From contig CAVQSS010000006.1 of the NCBI GenBank assembly GCA_963716045.1, positions 1,743 to 65,742 on the forward strand: 64,000 nucleotides of DNA, given 5' to 3'. Both the position numbers and the translations under genes were made by a program. Source of the stretch: an uncultured delta proteobacterium (lineage in GTDB: Bacteria > Desulfobacterota > RBG-13-43-22). Positions 54,807 through 63,992 of this stretch are shown one piece after another (position 1 is the stretch's first letter; every line of letters begins with the position of its first letter). The notes under the pieces were generated by a model that was not told the origin of the DNA, searched no databases, and saw nothing but the letters and a program-made list of their open reading frames with translations.

Positions 54807-56135
54807 ATGGCTGAAGCGCAAACCCAACCGATGACCATCAACCCGGAATCCATTCGCCAGGCGGTGGACGTCCGGATGAATGCCCGCCTCAAGATGTGGA
54901 TGCGGATCTGTGCCCACTGCGGTCTCTGTGCGGATACCTGCCACTTCTACACCGCCAAAAACAAAGACCCCCGGATGGTGCCCTCTTTCAAGGCCCAGAA
55001 ATTAAAAAAACTGGTAAAGAAAAAAGGGCAGGTCGACGAGAAATTTATGCAGGAACTCTACGACACGGCCTACGGGGAGTGCACCCTCTGCCGCCGCTGC
55101 ACCCTTTATTGCCCCTTCGGGATAGATATGGCCATGATGGTGGCTACGATGAGAGGAATATTGACCTCTCAGGGAATGACCCCGGAAGGGTTGAAGGCGG
55201 CGATTCAGAATTATTTGGATACCGGCAACCAGATGGCGGTCTCCGAAGAGGACTGGGTGGAGACCCTGAAATGGATGGAGGAGGAACTGCAGGAAGAACT
55301 GCCCGGCGCCACCATCCCCATCGATAAGAAGGGCGCCAAGATTATGTACACCGTCAATGCCCGGGAGCCTAAATATTATCCCCAGGATATTCAGTTGGCG
55401 GCCAAGATCTTTCATGTGGTCGGAGAAGACTGGACCTTCCCCAGCAAGCCGGGCTGGGATGATACCAACCTGGCCATGTTTGCCGGGGATATCAAGACGG
55501 CCGGTTATATCGTCAAATTAATTAAAGAAGCCGCGGAGGAACTGCAGGTCCAACGGGTCGTCATAACCGAGTGAGGCCACGCGCTTAGGGCCGTTCAGTT
55601 TGAAGGGCCGATCTGGTTGAATGCCGATTACAAGTTCGAGGTTGTTCACAGTATAAAACTCTTTGCCGAGTATATCCGCGAGGGCCGACTGAAGTTTACC
55701 CGAAAACTCACCGAGCCGATTACCTATCAGGACCCCTGCAATGTTTCCCGAAGCGGCGGCCTGGCCGATGAAGCCCGGTTCATTATCAGCCATATCGCCG
55801 AAGACTTCCGGGAAATGACCCCCCACGGAAACGAAGCGTACTGCTGCTCCGGCGGCGGGGGCGCCATCCCCATGGGTCCCCCTTTTAAAAAGCGCCGCAT
55901 GGAGGCCGGGAAAGTGAAGGCCGATCAGATCCGGGCCACCGGCGCCAAGATCGTCATCTGCCCCTGCCACAACTGCTATGACCAGTGCCGCGACCTGGGA
56001 AAAGAATACGACCTGGGAATCAAGATCATGTCCTTCAAAGAGATTTTCGAGGAGATCATGTACATCCCCGAGGAACTGAAGGCCAAGGAAGAAGAAGAAA
56101 CGGAAGAAGGTGAAGATAAAGGGGCGGAAGAATAA
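54807..56135 (+). CDS. DsrK/HdrD-like Fe-S oxidoreductase, probable selenoprotein (Sec at codon 256, TGA 55572-55574)
   Basis: Two ferredoxin motifs (CAHCGLCADTC, CTLCRRCTLYCP) and CCG-type motifs (PCNVSR, CCSGGGG, CPCHNC). Track ORFs 54807-55574 and 55617-56135 are in the same frame and split only by TGA, giving VVITE-U-GHALRAVQFEG. Confidence 0.75.
55589..55609 (+). promoter_or_regulatory. SECIS-like stem-loop
   Basis: GGCCGUUCA-GUU-UGAAGGGCC, with 8 bp and one G/G mismatch. It begins 14 nt after the UGA, and the apical GUU loop is 23 nt from it. Confidence 0.55.
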
Positions 56136-56175
56136 ACTGCCCGCCCGCCGTTCCTTGGCGCAGACAACAAAACTT

Positions 56176-56214
56176 AAAAAGGCGCACCCTCTTATCGGTT
56201 GCGCCTTTTTATTT
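56176..56214 (+). terminator. rho-independent terminator after the dsrMK-like genes
   Basis: A5, then stem GGCGCA / TGCGCC (56181-56186 / 56200-56205), then T5. Confidence 0.6.
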
Positions 56215-56392
56215 GCTTACCTGGGGTTGTCGTATGAAAATAGACCATTAACTTGTGACGAAGCGGTTATTCGTAGCGGCGACCACGCCACCCAATCTCC
56301 AACCAGCACACTCCCAGCCCTATAATACCTCCAACTTATTGACATAAAAGGTACTTCCCTTGTACCGAGGCCTCCGGACCGGGCGCAAAGAG

Positions 56393-56421
56393 TTGACAAG
56401 CCCCCTTCTTTCGGGTAGCAT
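56393..56421 (+). promoter_or_regulatory. sigma70-like promoter of gap
   Basis: TTGACA (56393-56398), a 17-nt spacer, then TAGCAT (56416-56421). It is ~60 nt upstream of the ATG, which has an AGAGGAG SD. Confidence 0.5.
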
Positions 56422-56479
56422 TTTACCAAATTCCCCATAATTATTGATCCACTAACCTTTTTAAAAAGAGGAGCATGCC

Positions 56480-57478
56480 ATGTCCATCAAGGTCGCTATA
56501 AACGGGTTTGGAAGAATTGGGAGGCTGGTGTATCGAGCCGGTTTCAAGAGCAACGCGGTTGAATTCGTGGCCGTCAATGATCTGGCCGACGCCCGGACCC
56601 TGGCCCATCTCCTGAAATACGATTCGGTCCACGGGATCCTGAACGCGGAAGTCAAGGCCGTTGAAAACGCCATTCGGGTGGACGGGAAGGAAATCAAGAC
56701 CTTCGCCATGAAGGATCCCTCGGAACTGCCCTGGAAGGCCCTGGGAGTCGATGTGGTCCTGGAGAGCACCGGCAAATTTACCGACCGGGCGGGCGCCGAA
56801 AAACACCTTCTGGCCGGGGCCAAAAAAGTGGTCATTTCCGCGCCGGCCAAAAACCCGGATGTTACGGTGGTCTTTGGCATTAACCCGGAGCAGTACGACA
56901 AAACCCTACACCACGTCATCTCCATGGGTTCCTGCACCACCAACTGCCTGGCCCCGGTGGTCCGCATCCTGCAGAGGGAATTCGGGGTGGAGTACGGCCT
57001 GATGACCACGATTCATGCCTATACCAACGATCAGGTCATCCATGACGAGCCGCACAAGGACCTGCGCCGGGCCCGGGCGGCCGCCTTGTCCATGATCCCC
57101 ACCACCACCGGGGCGGCCAGGGCCATCGCCGAGGTCATCCCGGAAATGAAAGGCCGACTGGACGGCCTGGCCATTCGGGTGCCTGTGCCCAATGTCTCCC
57201 TGGTCGATTTCGTGGCGACTTTATCCAGGACCACCAGTAAGGACGAAGTCAATTCCAAGTTCAGAGAATATGCCGCCGGGCCCTTGAAGGGCATCCTGCG
57301 CTGCTCCGAGGAGGAACTGGTATCCCTGGATTTTAACGGGGACCCCCATTCCTCGATCGTGGACCTGCCCAACACCACCGTGATCGGCGGCACCATTGTC
57401 AAGGTCCTTTCCTGGTATGACAATGAATGGGGCTTTTCCAACCGGATGCTGGAGCTTTTATCCTTTATAATGAAATGA
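56480..57478 (+). CDS. gap: type I glyceraldehyde-3-phosphate dehydrogenase
   Basis: INGFGRIGRLV, active site SCTTNCLAP, and WYDNEWGFSNR. Confidence 0.95.
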   Translation: MSIKVAINGFGRIGRLVYRAGFKSNAVEFVAVNDLADARTLAHLLKYDSVHGILNAEVKAVENAIRVDGKEIKTFAMKDPSELPWKALGVDVVLESTGKFTDRAGAEKHLLAGAKKVVISAPAKNPDVTVVFGINPEQYDKTLHHVISMGSCTTNCLAPVVRILQREFGVEYGLMTTIHAYTNDQVIHDEPHKDLRRARAAALSMIPTTTGAARAIAEVIPEMKGRLDGLAIRVPVPNVSLVDFVATLSRTTSKDEVNSKFREYAAGPLKGILRCSEEELVSLDFNGDPHSSIVDLPNTTVIGGTIVKVLSWYDNEWGFSNRMLELLSFIMK

Positions 57479-57506
57479 GGGTTTCACAAAAAGTGTATGC
57501 GCCAGT

Positions 57507-57662
57507 TATTGTCATTCTGAGCGAATGCGAAGAATCTTGTTTTTTCAACAGGTTGCAAAATCCTTCGCGGAGTTTACCCTGAGCCGAAAGACGAGATCCT
57601 TCGCTTCACTCAGGATGACAGGAGGCGAAGGGCTCAGGATGACAAGCGAAGGGTCCAGAATA
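57507..57662. repeat. family B repeat cluster
   Basis: gtcattctgagcgaatgcgaagaatct..., gagatccttcgcttcactcaggatgacag..., ctcaggatgacaag. Confidence 0.75.
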
Positions 57663-57718
57663 ACCTAATTCGAATTTACAGATTCTCTTTCTTGACAGAA
57701 TAAAAGTCTTAAAACCTT

Positions 57719-60700
57719 ATGCCCAATACTGAGAATACTTTTATCTCCAGCGCCTTGCAGGCCAATCTGGAGCGAACCGCCGCTACGGTGGAAATCCCCG
57801 AAAAATACCGGGTCCTGCTCGACATTACCCGGGAGCACTACGGCGTTTTCAAACGAACCCAGGACCTCCTGACGGAAATGAATCATCCTTTCGTGAACTG
57901 GGAGATCGTCCTGAAGCAACTGCGCGCCCTCTCCCTGGGCGACTTCCATGACTTTAACCGCCATGAGAAAGGGTTGGAAGCGCTGGAAACCTTCGTCGAA
58001 ATTTACTTCGAGGTGATCCGTTCCTCCGCCGGGGAAGAAACCCGGGAAACAGCCCTCCGTTACCTCTTTGATTTTCTGGACCTGATCCTGTCCAAGAGCG
58101 GCGGATCGATCGAACGGAATCAAACCCTCTTTCCCGGGCTCATCGCCCGACTCCTCGATTTATCCCGACAGGAGGTTCTCCTTTTCCGGAAAGGTTCGAC
58201 CTATGGGAAGAAGCTCCTGCAGACGGCCCGGGAGCAGTCGTTTTCGTTCGACGGCCTCCCCCTGGATCACTTTCTTCTTCAGGTCTTCCGGGCTACCTAC
58301 TCCTTCTGGCTCGAACAACCCGATCCCCGGGATTGGTTCAACCAGGAAGGGGAGGAGGCTTCCGCCCTCTTCGGCTACGATGCCATCGTCAAGCCCTTGA
58401 CGCATCGGTCGATGGCCGCCCTGCTGGAGGAGTTGAAATCGCTGCCGGAAAGGCCCGGGCCGGAGACCGGCAAGGAAACGGAAGACTACCTGAACCGGCC
58501 CGACTACACCCAGATTGTCGAAGGCTATCTGTTGGTGGCCGACGAACTGGAACGGTCCGGCCTCTATGCCGGCCGGGAATACCTGATCAAACTGGATTTT
58601 CTCTTCCATATCATCAATGTCCCGGCCCTGGCCGATATCCACGGCCGGACGCTGATCGAGATCAACCGCTGTCTGGCCCTGGTGTTCCGGGAGAAAACGC
58701 CGGAGAATTTGAACGATTTTGTTCGCAACGTGTTCCAGCTTTTGAAAAAGTGCACCACCTGTTATCAGTACCGCAGCACCGTCCTGAATTGCATCACTAC
58801 CGTGGCCCGGGAAGTCTTCAAACTGAACCATCACCCCCTGGCGGACACCTTCATCGAGGAGCTGATTGCCTTCGGGTTTCAACATCCGCGGCTCGCCGGC
58901 GCCAATACGGATTGGCAGATCAAGGTCAACCCGGCCCACATCGAGAATATCCGTTCCTGGCTGGAAATCATTGCCCTGAAACCGCGGTGGACCCGGCGGC
59001 TGCTCTCGGCCCTGATCATCAACCTGAAGCTGGCCGGGGTCTTCGTCCGAGATACGGACCTGCTCCAGAAGAACATTTCAACCCTGCTCAACGCTCCTAT
59101 CGGCCCGGCCTTCAATCTGGTCAAGCAACTCCTGCGGTTGTTCCCCATCTACTTCACCGAGATCGGGGCCGAAGGAGAGCTGCGGGAAATTTCCACCGAG
59201 GTGGACGAGATCGCCTTCCGGCAGGATCCGGTCGTCCATTTTCTTCGTAAACAATCGCATGTGGAAAGCAACAGCCTGCTGGTCGCCTTCCTGGAGGACG
59301 CCTTTCGCTACTGGGCCACCGGGAAAAAGTCCTTTCTCCGGGTCCATCTCCCGGAAGAAGTGTATGCCCAGACCCCCGAAGGCGCTCGGGAGACTCGCGG
59401 CCTGCAGACGATCTTCCAAACGCTATTGGGAAAGCTGCGCTCCGACCCCCAGGGTTTCCTGAATTGGGACGGCCCCCGGATAGCCAAAGAGATCCAGGGG
59501 GTGGCCGAGACGCCGGAAAAGGACCGGGAGCGGGCCAGGCTGCTCATCCGGTTCTACCAACTGCTCTATAAGAAATACAACCCCCAGCATATCGATCTGC
59601 TGAAGGACCTGGAGACCTCCTACCTCTTTGAAGCGGCGAAAGTCCGGGACCTCAGACGCCATCTCCAGAACAAGAAACAGGACAAGAGCCTGGCCGTCAT
59701 CCTGGACTTCCTCCTCCAACTGAAGAAGGTGATCCTTTCCCCCGAGAAGACCGAGTATGTGGAGAACATCTACCGCAAGCGCCATATTGCCGCCGGCATC
59801 CCTTCCATGTACGGCACCTATCGTGAAAAAAAATTTGAGGCCCTGGGACTTTCCCTGCGTCTGGAGAGTCTGGCCACGCTGCTCTTTGAAGAACTGATCC
59901 AGTCTTTCAACCTGAAATTTATCACCAAAAGCACCCTGGCGCGCATCCACCAGTACCTCTGGCTCTATGTCAAGGCCCTCGACCTGGAAGGGGTGGCCGT
60001 TGAAGGACTTTCGGCCAAGATGAAGTATGTCAGCCACGCCCTGGAGATCAAACAGTTTTCCATCGACCAGTATATCGACATCTTCCAGTTCATCTCCAAG
60101 GGCATTCAAGACATTATCCGGGAATATTACCTCGAGGTGCACCGCCCCAACCTGCCTTTGATCATTGCTCAAATTTTAAAGGAAGATAGCTCCGCCTTTG
60201 GAGGGCGGGCCGCAGCCCGGGAGGAAGAACTCTTCTATCAGATCTCCGAAAATTTTATCCGCACCGCCATATCGTCGGCCTTCGGCCTCCAGGTGCTGGA
60301 TAATTTCATCAACCAGATCCTGCGCACCCTGCAGGCCGAATTGGAAAAATTTAAGGAGAACAAGCAGATCCTGACCCTGGTGATGGCCTACGAACCGGAG
60401 ACGGCCATCACCCCCTTGTACCGACGCGACAAAAAACTGGACAACCAGATCCGCCTCGGCAACAAAGGCTATTTTCTCAAAGAGCTGTCCTCCATGGGGT
60501 TCCCCGTGCCCCCCGGCTTTGTCCTGACTACCGAGGTCTTCCGCCGGATCGAAGCCCTGCTGGGCTACCAGTACATCATGGATGATCTGAACGTCCGCAT
60601 CGTCCGGGAGATCCGGCGTCTGGAACGGATGGTCGGACGCCATTTCGGAGACCCCCAGAATCCGCTCCTGCTAAGCGTCCGCAGCGGCGCCACCATCTCG

Positions 60701-61936
60701 CTCCCGGGCATGATGCAATCCATCTTGAATGTGGGCATCAACGAAAGGATCGCCGAGGGCTTAAGTCAAAAAAAAGAATTTTCCTGGGCGGCCTGGGATT
60801 CCTATCGGCGGTATCTGCAGAGCTACGGGATGTTGCGGGGTCTGGATCGGAATTTCTTTGATTCCCTGATCGACACCTTTAAACAGCGCTACGGGGTCAG
60901 CCGTAAGATCCAGTTCTCCCCGGATCAGATGCGGTTGGTCGCCCTGGCTTATAAACGGGCCTTGGAAGATAAGGGCCTGGAAGTGCCCGAACGTCCCTGG
61001 GATCAGCTCCAGGACGCCATTCTTCGGGTCATCGACTCCTGGAATTCCGAGCAGGCCCGCATTTACCGCCGTCAGATGCGCCTGTCGGATGAATGGGGAA
61101 CGGCGGTCATCGTGCAGACCATGATTTTCGGCAACTTGAACAACCAATCCGGGTCGGGGGTAATTTTTACCCGGGATCCGAAAAGCTCCGCCTCCGGCAT
61201 CAATTTGTACGGCGATTTCATTTTCGGGGTTCAGGGAGACGACATTGTTTCGGGACTGGTGGCCACCTATCCCATATCGGAGAAACAACGGTTGAATGAA
61301 AGGAAGGACACGGCCATTTCTCTGGAGGCCAATTTCCCCGAGATATTCGGGCAACTGCTCCGTCTTTGCGAAATCCTGATCTATGAGAAACGGTTCAATC
61401 ACCAGGAGATCGAATTTACCTTTGAAAAGGCCGCCCGGGAGGGCCTCTATATCCTGCAGACCCGGGAGATGGTCCAGCGGGAAACCACCAAGCTGCCTAT
61501 TTTCAAAGAAACCCCGGCCTTGAAGACCAGCCTGCTGGGTACCGGCATCGGGGTAAGCGGGGGGGCGTTATCGGGCCGGGCGGTCTATTCCGAAGAGGAG
61601 ATCCGGCAGTATCGTGAAAGCGAACCGGATACGCCGCTCATCCTGATTCGTCCCGATTCCGTACCCGACGACGTGGGGGTTTTGCTTCAGGTGGAAGGGC
61701 TCCTGACGGCCAGGGGGGGCAGCACCTCCCATGCCGCGGTCACGATCCCTCAACTCAACAAGGTCGGCGTGGTGGGATTCACGAAATTAAGCGTCTATGA
61801 AACCAGAGGCTACAGCACCGTGGACGGCCAAACCATCCGCGGAGGGGATTTCATTTCTATTGACGGCTGGAGCGGCGCCGTCTACCAAGGCCGCCACGAG
61901 CGGGAAGCCCAGATGTCCAACCGGGTGACGCTATAA
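57719..61936 (+). CDS. 1405-aa protein: ~850-aa uncharacterised N-terminal region fused to PPDK-like ATP-grasp and phosphohistidine swivel domains (no PEP/pyruvate TIM-barrel domain)
   Basis: The C-terminal third matches pyruvate phosphate dikinase motifs: LGNKGYFLKELSSMGFPVPPGF, LLLSVRSGATISLPGMMQSILNVG, WGTAVIVQTMIFGN, SGSGVIFTRDP, GVQGDDIVSG, and the swivel LLTARGGSTSHAAV. The protein stops shortly after the swivel domain. Confidence 0.8.
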   Translation: MPNTENTFISSALQANLERTAATVEIPEKYRVLLDITREHYGVFKRTQDLLTEMNHPFVNWEIVLKQLRALSLGDFHDFNRHEKGLEALETFVEIYFEVIRSSAGEETRETALRYLFDFLDLILSKSGGSIERNQTLFPGLIARLLDLSRQEVLLFRKGSTYGKKLLQTAREQSFSFDGLPLDHFLLQVFRATYSFWLEQPDPRDWFNQEGEEASALFGYDAIVKPLTHRSMAALLEELKSLPERPGPETGKETEDYLNRPDYTQIVEGYLLVADELERSGLYAGREYLIKLDFLFHIINVPALADIHGRTLIEINRCLALVFREKTPENLNDFVRNVFQLLKKCTTCYQYRSTVLNCITTVAREVFKLNHHPLADTFIEELIAFGFQHPRLAGANTDWQIKVNPAHIENIRSWLEIIALKPRWTRRLLSALIINLKLAGVFVRDTDLLQKNISTLLNAPIGPAFNLVKQLLRLFPIYFTEIGAEGELREISTEVDEIAFRQDPVVHFLRKQSHVESNSLLVAFLEDAFRYWATGKKSFLRVHLPEEVYAQTPEGARETRGLQTIFQTLLGKLRSDPQGFLNWDGPRIAKEIQGVAETPEKDRERARLLIRFYQLLYKKYNPQHIDLLKDLETSYLFEAAKVRDLRRHLQNKKQDKSLAVILDFLLQLKKVILSPEKTEYVENIYRKRHIAAGIPSMYGTYREKKFEALGLSLRLESLATLLFEELIQSFNLKFITKSTLARIHQYLWLYVKALDLEGVAVEGLSAKMKYVSHALEIKQFSIDQYIDIFQFISKGIQDIIREYYLEVHRPNLPLIIAQILKEDSSAFGGRAAAREEELFYQISENFIRTAISSAFGLQVLDNFINQILRTLQAELEKFKENKQILTLVMAYEPETAITPLYRRDKKLDNQIRLGNKGYFLKELSSMGFPVPPGFVLTTEVFRRIEALLGYQYIMDDLNVRIVREIRRLERMVGRHFGDPQNPLLLSVRSGATISLPGMMQSILNVGINERIAEGLSQKKEFSWAAWDSYRRYLQSYGMLRGLDRNFFDSLIDTFKQRYGVSRKIQFSPDQMRLVALAYKRALEDKGLEVPERPWDQLQDAILRVIDSWNSEQARIYRRQMRLSDEWGTAVIVQTMIFGNLNNQSGSGVIFTRDPKSSASGINLYGDFIFGVQGDDIVSGLVATYPISEKQRLNERKDTAISLEANFPEIFGQLLRLCEILIYEKRFNHQEIEFTFEKAAREGLYILQTREMVQRETTKLPIFKETPALKTSLLGTGIGVSGGALSGRAVYSEEEIRQYRESEPDTPLILIRPDSVPDDVGVLLQVEGLLTARGGSTSHAAVTIPQLNKVGVVGFTKLSVYETRGYSTVDGQTIRGGDFISIDGWSGAVYQGRHEREAQMSNRVTL

Positions 61937-61961
61937 AAAAGGCTAATCCCTCCCACCGTAT

Positions 61962-63239
61962 CTACAGCAACTGCTTATGCACGTGGACAGCCAGGTCCCC
62001 CAATCGGTTGGTGTAGCTCCCATATTCGTTATCATACCAGCCGAAAATTTTGGCGTGGACCACCGGCACCCGGAGGCAATTCTGGGGCAGGGAGGGGATG
62101 GCCTGCGGAGACAGACCGGGGATCCAGGCACAATCGATGTCGATAAACGAGGTCCGGGTATGGTTCATCTGTCCCTCGATCACTACCGCGGCATCCATCC
62201 CAATGAGATCGCTGGAGACATTTTGATCCAGGGAAAAGACCAGCAGGTTTTCCGGGTCCCGCTCCCCCGCTTGCTGATAGATCCGATTGATCGTGTTCGT
62301 ATCCAGCGGCAGAGGCGACCCGTCCGGGTTCATCTTGCTTTGGAAGGTGACATTCAGCACAATCAGGGATTCCGTGTTGGTGGGAACCCGGATGGAGTCG
62401 GCCATGAAACCGATGTTCTTGACCTCCGGGATGACCTCCGCCAGGGCGTCGGCGGCGCCAGTGGAGGTGAGAATGATATTGTTCAGAATGCTTCGATTTT
62501 TCCTCAGGTCCTTCTCCCCCGCTTTCGGCATGGAATCGAGGACCGCCTGGGTATTGGTTGCGGCATGAACCGTAGACATGGAGGCGGTCAGGATCTTGTT
62601 GGTGGCCTCGTTATCCAGCAGGGGTTTGATCATGTGGGCCAGGCAGGTGGTCGTACAGGAAGCGGCCGACAACACCTGGTGGGCCTTTTTATCAAAAGCC
62701 GTGTGGTTGATCCCGCAAATAAGCATGATCGCGTCATCCGGAACGGAGAGGGCCTTGTTCTTGATCTTAAAAGGAGAGGAATTGATGGCGATTCGGGCCC
62801 CGGCCGCCAGATGCCCCCGGAGGGAACCTCCCGGGTCGTCAGGGGGAACCGTGGGGTCCTTGAATTTACCGGTAGTTTCTACGACGATGTCCACTCCGTA
62901 GTCCCGCCATTTAATCTCCGCAGGAATCCGCGACTCCCGGAGAACGGTGACCGGAAGGCCGTCGATCAGCAGCTTGCCGGCCTTTTCGTCCACGATCTCG
63001 ATGAATCGTTGGGCTTTGATCCCGTAGAGAAACCGGTGCAATAGCCCGTAGGTGGAATCGGTTTCAATCCGCTGCGCGATGGCCTGCAGTCCCGTGCCTA
63101 CTTCCCGCCCGGTATTGACCACGATCTCCTGGAAATATTTTCGCCCCAGGTGATGCCAGAGGGTCAGCTTGCCGATCCGGCCCAAACCGTTAATCCCAAT
63201 GACGGGTTTTTTATTTTCAAACACCTCAACGCGCGCCAT
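61962..63239 (-). CDS. long-form glyceraldehyde-3-phosphate dehydrogenase-like protein (425 aa)
   Basis: INGLGRIGKL, active-site-like SCTTTCLAH, and WYDNEYGYTNR-like GWYDNEYGSYTNR, with insertions relative to the 332-aa gap. Confidence 0.8.
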   Translation of the reverse strand: MARVEVFENKKPVIGINGLGRIGKLTLWHHLGRKYFQEIVVNTGREVGTGLQAIAQRIETDSTYGLLHRFLYGIKAQRFIEIVDEKAGKLLIDGLPVTVLRESRIPAEIKWRDYGVDIVVETTGKFKDPTVPPDDPGGSLRGHLAAGARIAINSSPFKIKNKALSVPDDAIMLICGINHTAFDKKAHQVLSAASCTTTCLAHMIKPLLDNEATNKILTASMSTVHAATNTQAVLDSMPKAGEKDLRKNRSILNNIILTSTGAADALAEVIPEVKNIGFMADSIRVPTNTESLIVLNVTFQSKMNPDGSPLPLDTNTINRIYQQAGERDPENLLVFSLDQNVSSDLIGMDAAVVIEGQMNHTRTSFIDIDCAWIPGLSPQAIPSLPQNCLRVPVVHAKIFGWYDNEYGSYTNRLGDLAVHVHKQLL

Positions 63240-63285
63240 GATGCACCCCCTATAAGTAATCTTAAAAGATTAAAATACAGCCCGA

Positions 63286-63675
63286 TTAAAAAACCGATTG
63301 GATATCTGTCTGCGAAAAATCTGCTCCCTTAAACAAAAGAGGTTCCCCGGAGTACTTGGCCAAGGCGTAAGCGCAGCAATCGCCGATATTAAGGCCGGCA
63401 GGATGATTTCCTTTGCCATAAACCCGCCAGGCTGTTCGGGCTATATCGGATTGGTCCGGGTTCATCGCCACGATTTCTATTTGAGCCCGGTGCAATAGAA
63501 GATCCAGTTCACGAGCGCCGGCCTCTCCTTTTTTGGCTTCGATCACGATGGCCGTTTCCAGCCAATTAAATACACTGATCAGACGTCGGGGATCGGCGGC
63601 AATCGCCCTGGCCAATCGTTCCGCTTCTTCTTCCAGAAGCAGAAGAGCAACCAGTGCGGACGAGTCTATGACCAC
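63286..63675 (-). CDS. vapC: type II toxin VapC (PIN domain ribonuclease)
   Basis: VVIDSSALVALLL with an acidic residue pattern. The GTG start overlaps the TAG stop of the upstream antitoxin by 1 nt. Confidence 0.85.
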   Translation of the reverse strand: MVIDSSALVALLLLEEEAERLARAIAADPRRLISVFNWLETAIVIEAKKGEAGARELDLLLHRAQIEIVAMNPDQSDIARTAWRVYGKGNHPAGLNIGDCCAYALAKYSGEPLLFKGADFSQTDIQSVF

Positions 63676-63941
63676 TATTCCGGGACCCCTCTCTGATCAT
63701 AGCCCAGTATTCGATCGGGAGTCCGGGGGTCCAGGTCGGGAAGGCGACTGCAGCGTTCGGCGATCTTCATCACTTCAGCGGTAAGATCCATGGTTGCCCT
63801 CTTCCCCTGCATCCGTTCCAGGCGGTCTTCTATCGCCGTAATGATGGCCTGAGTAATGGTCTCCCCGCTCTTAGAGGCCAATTCCCTGGCCAGTTTTTCC
63901 GCCTTGGGGTTATGAATACTTAGAGCCATATTAGATCCCAT
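63675..63941 (-). CDS. vapB: type II antitoxin VapB (PSK/Rv0623-like)
   Basis: MALSIHNPKAEKLARELASKSGETITQAIITAIEDRLER. The start is Met 63941 or 63929. Confidence 0.75.
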   Translation of the reverse strand: MGSNMALSIHNPKAEKLARELASKSGETITQAIITAIEDRLERMQGKRATMDLTAEVMKIAERCSRLPDLDPRTPDRILGYDQRGVPE

Positions 63942-63963
63942 CAGGTTATATATTATTTATAAT

Positions 63964-63992
63964 TTTATATAGTATATAAATAAAGTTGTCAA
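63964..63992 (-). promoter_or_regulatory. sigma70-like promoter of vapBC
   Basis: Minus strand TTGACA (63992-63987), a 17-nt spacer, then TATAAA (63969-63964). An AT-rich palindromic region overlaps it and could be an operator. Confidence 0.5.

Noticed and set aside
2060-57662. The interspersed repeats as a CRISPR array.
   Set aside because: There is no regular repeat-spacer periodicity and no cas genes. The units are degenerate, in both orientations, and scattered across many loci.
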